Positions 32,996 to 41,204 of a stretch of DNA of 53,028 nucleotides are shown here, one piece after another. How positions within the stretch are numbered: the stretch's first letter is position 1; each line of letters begins with the position of its first letter. A program made the translations under genes and the position numbers. The DNA lies in the sequence record SRR22947727_1919; one strand, written 5' to 3'. A model generated the notes under the pieces. It saw only the letters and a list, made by a program, of their open reading frames with translations. It searched no databases and was not told the origin of the DNA.

Positions 32996-34083
32996 CGGCT
33001 TCGTGCACGATTCCCGTGACCGCGGAGCACGAGTACTCGGTCATTATCGGTCGTGGGCTCCTTGGTGAATTGCCGCAGTTGTGTGCCGGAGCACAGCGGG
33101 TCGCCATCATCCACTCTGCTGCCCTGGCAACGTCCGCGGAGGCTATCCGCGACGACCTTCAAGATGGCGGCTTCGAATGTTTCCTGATTGAAGTGCCGGA
33201 TGGCGAGGACGCCAAGACCGCCCCGGTGGCCTCCTTTGTGTGGGAGACGCTTGGTACCTGTGGCTTCACTCGATCCGACGTCATCGTTGGTTTAGGTGGC
33301 GGTGCGACGACGGACCTGGCGGGATTCGTTGCAGCGACCTGGCTGCGTGGCGTGAAGGTGATTCAGATTCCCACAACGGTGCTCGCCATGGTGGACGCCG
33401 CCGTCGGCGGTAAGACGGGTATCAACTCCGATGCTGGCAAGAACCTGATCGGATCGTTCCACAGCCCGCACGGAGTGTTGTGCGACATGAACGCTCTCGG
33501 ATCTCTCCCCCCGAACGATCTTCTGTCTGGATTTGCCGAAATCGTCAAGGTCGGTTTCACCCACGACGCCTCCATCCTGACCGACATCGAGGAACGCGGA
33601 GAGGCCTGTGTGGACCCGGTAGGAGACCTCCTGGCAGACCTTGTCCGACGTGCGGTTCAGGTTAAGGCCGACGTCGTTGCGGTGGACTTCAAGGAGACCG
33701 GCGCAGGAGGCGGAGTCGGACGGGCGGCCTTGAACTACGGGCACACCTTCGGGCACGCGATCGAGCGGGTCGAGAGTTATCGCTGGCGTCACGGTGCCGC
33801 CATCAGCGTCGGCATGGTCTACGTGGCCGAGCTCGCCAGACTCGGGGGAAAGCTCACCGAAACAGATGTCCAGCGCCATAGAGATCTGCTCCAACAACTC
33901 GGTCTTCCTACGAGGTACCCCGGGGATCGTTGGGATCAATTGTTATCGGCCATGCAGGTCGACAAGAAGGCCCGCGGCAGTGTTCTTCGCTTCGTCATCT
34001 TGAACGGTTTGCAGAATCCGGTGTTCTGGGAAGGGCCCGACCCAGCGCTCCTGCACGCCGCATATGGCGCTGTGACCGCGTAG
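32992..34083 (+). CDS. aroB: 3-dehydroquinate synthase
   Basis: GGGATTDLAGF, PTTVLAMVDAAVGGKTGIN, LNYGHTFGHAIE, WRHGAA. Confidence 0.97.
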   Translation: MTASCTIPVTAEHEYSVIIGRGLLGELPQLCAGAQRVAIIHSAALATSAEAIRDDLQDGGFECFLIEVPDGEDAKTAPVASFVWETLGTCGFTRSDVIVGLGGGATTDLAGFVAATWLRGVKVIQIPTTVLAMVDAAVGGKTGINSDAGKNLIGSFHSPHGVLCDMNALGSLPPNDLLSGFAEIVKVGFTHDASILTDIEERGEACVDPVGDLLADLVRRAVQVKADVVAVDFKETGAGGGVGRAALNYGHTFGHAIERVESYRWRHGAAISVGMVYVAELARLGGKLTETDVQRHRDLLQQLGLPTRYPGDRWDQLLSAMQVDKKARGSVLRFVILNGLQNPVFWEGPDPALLHAAYGAVTA

Positions 34084-34093
34084 ACTTGTCGTC

Positions 34094-34546
34094 ATGTCCG
34101 ATGGTCAGCATCGCGTGTGGGTGCTCAACGGCCCGAACCTGAATCGTCTGGGAACGCGCGAGCCGGACATCTATGGCGATACGAACTACGAGAGCGTCGT
34201 CGAGGGAATCGAGCACGAGGCATCTAACCTGGGTTTCGCTGCGGTTGTCCGACAAACCAACGATGAAGCCGAATTGATCGCTTGGTTGCACGATGCAGCA
34301 GACCAATCGGTTCCGGTGATCATTAATCCGGCGGCCTTCACCCACTACTCCTATGCGGTGCGTGACGCCTGCGCCCTACTGACGGCACCCTTGATCGAAG
34401 TGCACCTGAGCAACCCACTCGCCCGGGAGGAATTTCGGCACACCTCGGTGGTCGGCGGTGTTGCCAACGGAACGATCTCCGGTTTCGGGCTGGACTCATA
34501 CCGGCTGGCGCTTCGCGCACTCGCCGGTCTGCAGTCCTCATCGTGA
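34094..34546 (+). CDS. aroQ: Type II 3-dehydroquinate dehydratase
   Basis: LNGPNLNRLGTREPDIYG, INPAAFTHYS, EVHLSN..REEFRHTS. Confidence 0.97.
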   Translation: MSDGQHRVWVLNGPNLNRLGTREPDIYGDTNYESVVEGIEHEASNLGFAAVVRQTNDEAELIAWLHDAADQSVPVIINPAAFTHYSYAVRDACALLTAPLIEVHLSNPLAREEFRHTSVVGGVANGTISGFGLDSYRLALRALAGLQSSS

Positions 34547-35601
34547 CGGTTCACCACAACCGACGCTCTCGACTACGGGACGCGTTGTCGGCGGATTTTG
34601 GGGGCGTCTTCGTTACCCGGGACCTGGCGTCCGTTCGCTACTTGACCGGCTTCTCCGGAAGCAACGCCACCGTGGTCATCGGCACCGATGAGGTGCATCT
34701 GGTTACCGATGGCCGGTACCGCGAGCAGGCAGCTCACGAAAGTCCGGATGTAGTCGCGATCATCGATCGCGACGTTGTTGGTGCGATGCGTGGCTTGTGC
34801 ACGGGCGGCGAAATCGACCTCGATGACAGAACGCCGGTCGGGATCGCGCAGCAATTGACCGAGGCCGGCCTGACAGTGCGCGCCGTTGCCGACCCGGTCG
34901 CGCCGTTGCGGATGGTCAAGGACGCACAGGAGCTAGACGCGCTGTCGCGCGCCGGTCACATCACCGCCCGGGCCCTCGAGCAGGTTGCCGACACCATCAC
35001 CGTTGGTGACCGCGAGGCGGACGTTGCTCGTCGGCTCGAGGCTGCTTTTGCCAAATGGGGGGCGGAGGATCGAGCGTTTGCCACCATCGTCGCTGGTGGG
35101 GAGAATTCCGCGCTGCCGCATCACCGCGCCGGTGACCGCCAGCTCGCCGTGGGAGATCTTCTTGTGATCGACTGCGGCGCGAAGGTCGAGGGCTATCACG
35201 CAGACATGACGCGCACATTTATCGTCGGGGCCGCGCCGGACGAGTGGCAACACGAGATCCACTCGCTGGTGCTCCGAGCGCAGGAAGCCGCGCGCGACGC
35301 ACTTGCGCCGGAGGTGATCGCGGGCGACATTGACGCAGCCGCGCGAGAGCTCATCACCCAGGCGGGCTTTGGTGAAGCGTTCGCGCACGGGACCGGCCAT
35401 GGCGTTGGTTTGGACATCCATGAGCAACCGATGCTGTCTGCTCGCAGCTCAGCAGTGCTGCCTGAGCACGCGGTCGTCACGGTGGAACCGGGGATCTACC
35501 TGCCCGGCAGGGGAGGAGTGCGCATCGAGGACACTGTCGTGGTCGCTCATGCGCCGCAGGTCTTGACTGATCTGGAGCGCGGACTGACTAGAGTCGGCTA
35601 A
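34543..35601 (+). CDS. pepQ: Xaa-Pro peptidase (M24B)
   Basis: RYLTGFSGS, DCGA..GYHADMTRT, HGTGHGVGLDIHE, TVEPGIY, GVRIED. Precedes efp. Confidence 0.93.
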   Translation: MTVHHNRRSRLRDALSADFGGVFVTRDLASVRYLTGFSGSNATVVIGTDEVHLVTDGRYREQAAHESPDVVAIIDRDVVGAMRGLCTGGEIDLDDRTPVGIAQQLTEAGLTVRAVADPVAPLRMVKDAQELDALSRAGHITARALEQVADTITVGDREADVARRLEAAFAKWGAEDRAFATIVAGGENSALPHHRAGDRQLAVGDLLVIDCGAKVEGYHADMTRTFIVGAAPDEWQHEIHSLVLRAQEAARDALAPEVIAGDIDAAARELITQAGFGEAFAHGTGHGVGLDIHEQPMLSARSSAVLPEHAVVTVEPGIYLPGRGGVRIEDTVVVAHAPQVLTDLERGLTRVG

Positions 35602-35697
35602 CTGCAGGGGCGTCCGACTGTGGTGGCAGCGCGAGACTGTTCGAACGCGAGATGGACGAGCGCGGCAATGTAGATACGTGAGAGTGGAGAGCGTGGC

Positions 35698-36261
35698 GTG
35701 GCGACGACAAATGATCTGAAGAACGGGTTGGTCTTGAACCTTGATGGCCAACTGTGGTCCATAGTGGAGTTCCAACACGTCAAGCCCGGTAAGGGTGGAG
35801 CTTTCGTTCGCACGAAGCTCAAGAACGTCATGTCCGGCAAGGTGGTGGACAAGACGTTCAATGCCGGAGTGAAGGTAGAGACAGCCACGGTGGACCGTCG
35901 CGACATGCAGTACCTGTACCGCGACGGAGATGACTTCGTCTTCATGGACAGCTCCACCTACGAGCAGTTACCCGTCCCCTCCGCCGTCGTTGGCGAGGCC
36001 GAGAAGTACCTACTGGAGAACAACAGTGCCAACGTCTCGGTACACGACGGTAGTCCGATCATCTTGGAGTTGCCGGCGTCGGTCGAGTTGATGCTCACGT
36101 ACACCGAGCCGGGAGTCCAAGGCGATCGCTCCACCGGTGGCACCAAGCCTGCGACACTCGAGACGGGCGCAGAGATTCAAGTACCGCTGTTCATCGAATC
36201 TGATACCAAGGTCAAGGTGGATACCCGCGATGGTTCGTACCTCGGCCGCGTGAACGACTAA
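35698..36261 (+). CDS. efp: Elongation factor P
   Basis: [38 protein letters not shown]. Confidence 0.98.
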   Translation: MATTNDLKNGLVLNLDGQLWSIVEFQHVKPGKGGAFVRTKLKNVMSGKVVDKTFNAGVKVETATVDRRDMQYLYRDGDDFVFMDSSTYEQLPVPSAVVGEAEKYLLENNSANVSVHDGSPIILELPASVELMLTYTEPGVQGDRSTGGTKPATLETGAEIQVPLFIESDTKVKVDTRDGSYLGRVND

Positions 36262-36681
36262 GTGGCGGCACGCGGCAAGGCCCGTAAGCGGGCCTTGGAC
36301 ATCCTGTTCGAGGCCGATGCTCGCTCGGTCCCCGTCGGAACCGTGCTTGCCGAGCAGGTGCGCCGCCGTGAGGCTGCGGGCGAGGATCCGCTCAATGAAT
36401 ACACGGTCACGGTCGTGGAGGGCGTACGCGCACACCAGGCGGCGATCGATGCAACTCTCGTCGCGTCGGCCCACGGTTGGACATTGGAGCGGATGCCCCT
36501 TGTGGATCGGGCCATCCTGCAAGTGGCCGTGTTCGAGATCTCGTTCGCAGACGATGTGCCCAACGCGGTAGCTATCTCGGAGGCTGTTCGCCTGGCCACG
36601 GATCTGTCGACGGATGAATCACCACAGTTCGTCAACGGAGTTCTGGCTGCTGTCGCGTCCTCGTCCCGTCAGTCGAAGTAA
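36262..36681 (+). CDS. nusB: Transcription antitermination factor NusB
   Basis: ARKRALDILFEAD, WTLERMPLVDRAIL, FVNGVL. Confidence 0.96.
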   Translation: MAARGKARKRALDILFEADARSVPVGTVLAEQVRRREAAGEDPLNEYTVTVVEGVRAHQAAIDATLVASAHGWTLERMPLVDRAILQVAVFEISFADDVPNAVAISEAVRLATDLSTDESPQFVNGVLAAVASSSRQSK

Positions 36682-36684
36682 ACG

Positions 36685-36758
36685 TGCCCCGGGTGGGATT
36701 CGAACCCACACTGGACGGTGTTTGAGACCGCTTCCTCTACCGGTTGGGATACCGGGGC
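36685..36758 (-). tRNA. tRNA-Leu(CAA), 74 nt, short variable loop, CCA not encoded
   Basis: Minus strand GCCCCGG-TA-TCCCAACCGGTAGAGGA-A-GCGGT-CTCAAAC-ACCGT-CCAGT-GTGGG-TTCGAAT-CCCAC-CCGGGGC-A. Candidate -10 TACTGT at 36768-36773. Confidence 0.95.
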
Positions 36759-36845
36759 GACGGCCACACAGTAGTGCCGCGCATTGTGCGTTGCGCCGAA
36801 GACCCGCGAGGTGCGCCGGGCAGAGATCATCTCCCGCTGGGTGCG

Positions 36846-36851
36846 TAGTGT
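36846..36851 (+). promoter_or_regulatory. -10 element TAGTGT of a probable leaderless promoter
   Basis: TAnnnT 6 nt before GTG 36858, no SD. Confidence 0.65.
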
Positions 36852-36857
36852 GGCACC

Positions 36858-37442
36858 GTGAGCGACGTGGCCACCCGGGTGATTGTTGCGGAGGATGAGG
36901 CCGTCATCCGAATGGACTTGGTGGAGATGCTGAAGGAGCTCGGTTACGACGTCGTCGCCGAAGCCTTCAATGGAGAGCGCGCAGTTGAACTGGTTCGAGA
37001 GCACCGACCGGATCTTGCATTTTTGGATATTGCGATGCCGGTGCGTGACGGGCTATCGGCAGCCGAGGAAATCTCGCGGGACAACCTGTGCGCGGTCGTC
37101 ATGGTGACCGCCTTCAGTCAGCGAGACGTCGCGATGAAGGCTGCGGAAGCTGGAGCGGTCGGATACGTGGTGAAGCCCTTCACGATGGCGGATCTCGAAC
37201 CGAGCATCGCCTTGGCGCTGGCTCGATGGCGCCAGATCCAAGATTTGCAGGGGCAGGTGGAGGCCTTGGGGGACCGAGCGAAGGTTCGGGAGGAAGTCGA
37301 GCGCGCCAAGGTGGTCCTCCAGGAGCGATTCGGTTTGTCTGAACCAGAAGCCTTCTCGTGGCTGCGCAAGGCGGCGATGGATCGCCGTGTCACCTTGTCG
37401 GAGGCCGCGACAGCGCTTCTTTCGGGCCAGGTCACGCCCTAA
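36858..37442 (+). CDS. ANTAR-domain response regulator (PdtaR-like)
   Basis: Receiver VAEDE, FLDIAMP, VTAFSQ, YVVKPF. ANTAR ERAK..L...GLSEPEAFSWLRKAAMDRR. Confidence 0.95.
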   Translation: MSDVATRVIVAEDEAVIRMDLVEMLKELGYDVVAEAFNGERAVELVREHRPDLAFLDIAMPVRDGLSAAEEISRDNLCAVVMVTAFSQRDVAMKAAEAGAVGYVVKPFTMADLEPSIALALARWRQIQDLQGQVEALGDRAKVREEVERAKVVLQERFGLSEPEAFSWLRKAAMDRRVTLSEAATALLSGQVTP

Positions 37443-37450
37443 GCGCCACC

Positions 37451-37474
37451 ACGAGGCCTAACGGGAGGCCTCGT
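37451..37474 (+). other. Perfect 9-bp hairpin ACGAGGCCT-AACGGG-AGGCCTCGT (terminator or ANTAR-type hairpin)
   Basis: Inverted repeat 8 nt after the regulator stop codon, 6-nt loop, no U tract. Confidence 0.7.
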
Positions 37475-37501
37475 ACACCTGCTCAACGACGCTGGTGGGG
37501 A

Positions 37502-37527
37502 CGCGCTTGGGGGTCGCGCTTGGGGGT
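37502..37527. repeat. 13-bp perfect tandem duplication CGCGCTTGGGGGT x2
   Basis: Copies at 37502-37514 and 37515-37527. Confidence 0.9.
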
Positions 37528-37566
37528 ATTGGCACGATTCAGGAGGGGAGGGGAATGCCTCTCTAG

Positions 37567-37622
37567 GTCACATTCCGGTCACGAATGGGCTAAGGACGGG
37601 GCCTCGGTTACCACTCCGAAAC
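37567..37622 (+). promoter_or_regulatory. Two GlnR/MtrA-type boxes upstream of the binding-protein gene
   Basis: GTCAC-n6-GTCAC (37567-37582) and GTTAC-n6-GAAAC (37607-37622). Candidate -10 TACTGT at 37633-37638. Confidence 0.65.
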
Positions 37623-37690
37623 ACCCCACGCCTACTGTTATCCCACTGCGACGGCGATCGCCGTTGTTTCGTATGTCCAAGGAGAACTGC

Positions 37691-39052
37691 ATGAAGCGCA
37701 CTATGGCCCTCAAGGCCGTCGCTGTGCTCGGCGCTGCCTCCCTCGCACTCGCTGCTTGCAGCAGCGGTGACGACGAGGCTGCTCCGGCAGAGACGACTGC
37801 TGAAGAGACTGCAGCCGAGGAACCCACGGAGGAAGAGGCTCCTGAAGAGGAGGCTGCCGAGGAGACCGCGGCTGAGGAAGTAGAAGAAGAAGCCACTTGC
37901 CAGACCGACACCCTGATCGTTGGATCGATGTTGCCGGCTACCGGTGACCTTGCGTTCCTCGGGCCGCCCGAGTTCGCTGGTGTTGAGAAGGCCATCGCGG
38001 AGGTCGACGCTGGAGGCGGAGTCCTCGGTAACCCGATCACCTACATCGAGGGTGACTCTGGCGACACCACCACGGATATCGCCAGCCAGACCGTCGACTC
38101 GCACCTGTCCCAGGGCGTTCAGGCGATCATCGGCGCGGCATCCTCGGGTGTTTCGCTGACCGTCATCGACAAGATCACCTCCAACGGTGTGGTCCACTTC
38201 TCGCCGGCCAACACGGCGCCTGCTCTGACCACGTACCCGGACAACGGCCTGTACTTCCGTGTTGCGCCGTCTGACGTCCTCCAGGGTGCGGTCATCGCAG
38301 CTGACGCGATCAACAACGGCGTGGAGTCCATGGCCGTTGTTGCCCGTCAGGATCCGTACGGTGAAGGCCTGAAGGACGCTGTGGTCAAGGACTTCAGCGA
38401 TGCTGGTGGAACCGTCACCGCTGACCTGCTGTACGACCCCGCTGCTCCGTCCTTCGAGGCTGAGGTAGCCGAGATTGTGGCGAGCGGACCGCAGGCAGTT
38501 ACCGTGATCGGCTTCGAAGAGTCGGTCAAGCTCCTGCAGGAGATGATCAAGCAGGGCGCTGGCCCGCAGGACATCCAGATCTACCTGGTGGATGGCAACA
38601 TCTCGACCACCGCGTACGAGGATTTCCCGGCTGGCACCATGAACGGAACTCGGGCGACCGTGCCTTCGGGCGAGGCCGACCTGACTGCGTTCAACGAGAG
38701 CCTGCTTGAGGTCGATCCCGACCTCACGGACTTCGCCTACGGCGCACAGTCCTACGACGCCGCCATGCTCATCGCCCTGGCCGCTGAGGCTGCAGGATGC
38801 GCCGACGGCGCGTCCATCGCAACCGCGCTGCCTGAGGTCGCCGGTAACGGTGGCGAGGCGTGTGACAACTGGGCGGACTGCAAGGCACTGCTCGACGCCG
38901 GTACTGATATCGACTTCCAGGGTGTAACTGGCCCGGTCGACTTCAACGAGTACGGCGATCTCGCGCAGGGCACCATTGAGGTGAACGAGTACACCTCGAA
39001 CACTGAGTTCGAGTCACTGGGCAAGATCACCGCTGACGTGCCGCTGCCGTAG
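37691..39052 (+). CDS. Liv/HAAT-family ABC substrate-binding lipoprotein
   Basis: AAGGAG SD, lipobox LAAC, Glu/Ala/Thr linker, GSMLPATGDLAFLGP, IIGAASSGVS, YFRVAPSD, GVTGPVDFNEYGD. Confidence 0.94.
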   Translation: MKRTMALKAVAVLGAASLALAACSSGDDEAAPAETTAEETAAEEPTEEEAPEEEAAEETAAEEVEEEATCQTDTLIVGSMLPATGDLAFLGPPEFAGVEKAIAEVDAGGGVLGNPITYIEGDSGDTTTDIASQTVDSHLSQGVQAIIGAASSGVSLTVIDKITSNGVVHFSPANTAPALTTYPDNGLYFRVAPSDVLQGAVIAADAINNGVESMAVVARQDPYGEGLKDAVVKDFSDAGGTVTADLLYDPAAPSFEAEVAEIVASGPQAVTVIGFEESVKLLQEMIKQGAGPQDIQIYLVDGNISTTAYEDFPAGTMNGTRATVPSGEADLTAFNESLLEVDPDLTDFAYGAQSYDAAMLIALAAEAAGCADGASIATALPEVAGNGGEACDNWADCKALLDAGTDIDFQGVTGPVDFNEYGDLAQGTIEVNEYTSNTEFESLGKITADVPLP

Positions 39053-39070
39053 CAGCAAGTCACCACGTGT

Positions 39071-39112
39071 GTGGGCCCCGTCTCCTCCGGGAGGCGGGGC
39101 CCACCGCTTTCT
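39071..39112 (+). terminator. Intrinsic terminator after the binding-protein gene
   Basis: 15-bp stem GTGGGCCCCGTCTCC / GGAGGCGGGGCCCAC (one G-U), TCCG loop, followed by CGCTTTCT. Confidence 0.85.
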
Positions 39113-39429
39113 AGGCGAACCTGCTCCCCGGGACCGCGAAATTGCTACCTGACAGGGCGATACCGCGCTCTGATCACGTGCCCCAGAGGCCTCGCTCCAG
39201 GTCCACAGGTCGTTTCGAGGCACTCGTTGGGGGGTGTCCCCGCAACGACGCTGCACACTTGCCCCCGGCCATCGGTGGACAACCCGTCAGTGCTCTTGTC
39301 GCGGAAGGGCCTGCTCAGACCTTGGTGGTGGGAGTTCGGGCGGATGCGGTGGCCCTAGGTCCGCTTAACGTCTGCTCCGAGCGCTCCGCTGTGTGTGGAA
39401 TGTCGTGTTCGGGCAGCGCTTGCTGGCGG

Positions 39430-40296
39430 TCAGGCTTGGGCAAGCGTGCCGAGGTACAGCTCGATGACCTTCGGGTCGTTGGCGAGATTCTTGCCGCTAC
39501 CGGTATACGCGTTCTTGCCCTGGTCGAGGACGTAACCCCGATCGACGATCTGCAAACATCGGCGTGCGTTCTGCTCCACGATGATGATCGTGACGCCTGT
39601 CTTGTTGATCTCGCGCACCCGGACGAAGACCTCATCCTGCAAGGCGGGGGATAGGCCGGCGCTGGGTTCATCGAGCAACAGCACGCTCGGCTCCATCATG
39701 AGCGCGCGTCCCATGGCAACCATTTGACGCTCGCCGCCTGAGAGTGACCCTGCGCGTTGCTTCCGCCGCTCGCCCAACGTGGGAAATAGGTCCACCACCG
39801 TGTCGAACCGCGCCGAGAAACTCTTGGGGTCTTGGAAGGCGCCCATCTCCATGTTTTCCTCAATGGTGAGCGAGGGGAACACGTTGTTGGTTTGCGGCAC
39901 GAAGCCCACGCCTCGTCGCACGAGCTGATCGGCCCTGAGATTCGTGATGTCCTCGTCACGCAGCAGCACAGCGCCGGTGTTGATGTGGACGAGGCCGAAG
40001 ATCGCCTTCAGAAGGGTTGACTTGCCCGCTCCATTGGGTCCGATGATGCCGACGAGTTCCCCGTCCTTGGCGTACAGATCGGAGCTGTTAAGGATGTTCA
40101 CCCCGGGGAAGTAGCCGGCGTACAGGCCGTCGGCCCGCACCAGCGCCCCGACCGCCTCTGATTTGTGCACCTGTTCCATCGTCGCCGCGTGGGGTGTGGC
40201 GAGTTGTTCGGCATTCGTATCCAGTTCGCTCTCGAAGACGTGCGCGTTATCTGGGTCGTCGGGCCCGGCGAGGTCGGCTGGCTCGGTGTAGTTCAT
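39430..40296 (-). CDS. livF: Branched-chain amino acid ABC ATP-binding protein
   Basis: GPNGAGKST, LSGGERQMVAMGRALM, LLDEPSAGL, VEQNA. Confidence 0.93.
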   Translation of the reverse strand: MNYTEPADLAGPDDPDNAHVFESELDTNAEQLATPHAATMEQVHKSEAVGALVRADGLYAGYFPGVNILNSSDLYAKDGELVGIIGPNGAGKSTLLKAIFGLVHINTGAVLLRDEDITNLRADQLVRRGVGFVPQTNNVFPSLTIEENMEMGAFQDPKSFSARFDTVVDLFPTLGERRKQRAGSLSGGERQMVAMGRALMMEPSVLLLDEPSAGLSPALQDEVFVRVREINKTGVTIIIVEQNARRCLQIVDRGYVLDQGKNAYTGSGKNLANDPKVIELYLGTLAQA

Positions 40297-41204
40297 GCGC
40301 TGTCTCCGTCCGAGGATTCGGTGAGTGATTCCCCAGTCTCGGTCAACTGGGCCTCGTGGTGGGCTCCCAGGTAAGCGTCGATCACCGCCCGATCCTTCAT
40401 CACGGCATCCGGAGGACCCTCGGCGATGACCTCACCCTGGGCCATGACGATGACCCAGTCACTGATGTCGTGCACCATGTCCATGTCGTGCTCAACGAAG
40501 AGCACGGTGGTGCCCTCTTCTCGCATGGTCTTGATGTGGCCAAGGAGGCTCTGCTTCAAGGCCGGGTTCACGCCCGCCATTGGCTCGTCCAGCATGATGA
40601 GTTCTGGATCCGCCATGAGAGCGCGAGCCATCTCGAGCAGTTTGCGCTGGCCACCGGAGAGCGACCCGGCGAAATCGCCGATCTTCTCGTGCAGGTTGAA
40701 TCGTTCGAGCAGCCCCATAGCCTTCTCGCCAACTGACTTTTCCTGGGAATTCCACAGGAAGGGAAATATGGCCGCGAAGAAGCGCTCACCCGTCTGGTGC
40801 TTGGCGCCGAGTCGCATATTGTCGATCACGGTCATGCGGCTGAGGGCCTTGGTCAGCTGGAAGGTGCGCACCATGCCGATTCGAGCGAGCTTGTATGGTG
40901 CCGTTCCGTCCACCTGGCGGTCGTTGAATGTCCAGGTGCCCTCGTTGGCATTGTCGAATCCGGTGATCAGGTTGAAGAACGTCGTCTTCCCCGCACCGTT
41001 GGGCCCGATGAGGGCGGTGATCGCCCCACGCTGAATCTCGACGTGTTCCACGTTCACCGCTGTGAGGCCGCCAAAGGATCGGCGAACGTGGTCGGCGACC
41101 ATGATCGGGTCGGGCTTGGGTACGCCGGGGCGGGGTTCCACGGTGGCCAGCGCTGCCTGGGCGGACGCAGCTCTGGAGCCAGAGACTGCTTGGTCATTTG
41201 GCAT
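40293..41204 (-). CDS. livG: Branched-chain amino acid ABC ATP-binding protein
   Basis: SFGGLTAV, GPNGAGKTTFFNLITG, RTFQ, LSGGQRKLLE, VEHDM, DAYLG. Confidence 0.93.
   Translation of the reverse strand: MPNDQAVSGSRAASAQAALATVEPRPGVPKPDPIMVADHVRRSFGGLTAVNVEHVEIQRGAITALIGPNGAGKTTFFNLITGFDNANEGTWTFNDRQVDGTAPYKLARIGMVRTFQLTKALSRMTVIDNMRLGAKHQTGERFFAAIFPFLWNSQEKSVGEKAMGLLERFNLHEKIGDFAGSLSGGQRKLLEMARALMADPELIMLDEPMAGVNPALKQSLLGHIKTMREEGTTVLFVEHDMDMVHDISDWVIVMAQGEVIAEGPPDAVMKDRAVIDAYLGAHHEAQLTETGESLTESSDGDSA

Noticed and set aside
35630..35651. GTTCGAAC upstream of efp as a possible LexA box
   Set aside because: Does not fit CGAAC-N4-GTTCG spacing. Only half-sites are present.
37358..37690. Apparent N-terminal extension of the binding protein
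   Set aside because: Signal peptide, lipobox and SD place the start at 37691. The upstream region is regulatory.
39071..39654. ORFs 39071..39358 and 39142..39654 in the convergent gap
   Set aside because: One starts inside the terminator and the other overlaps livF antisense. Neither has an SD or protein-like composition.
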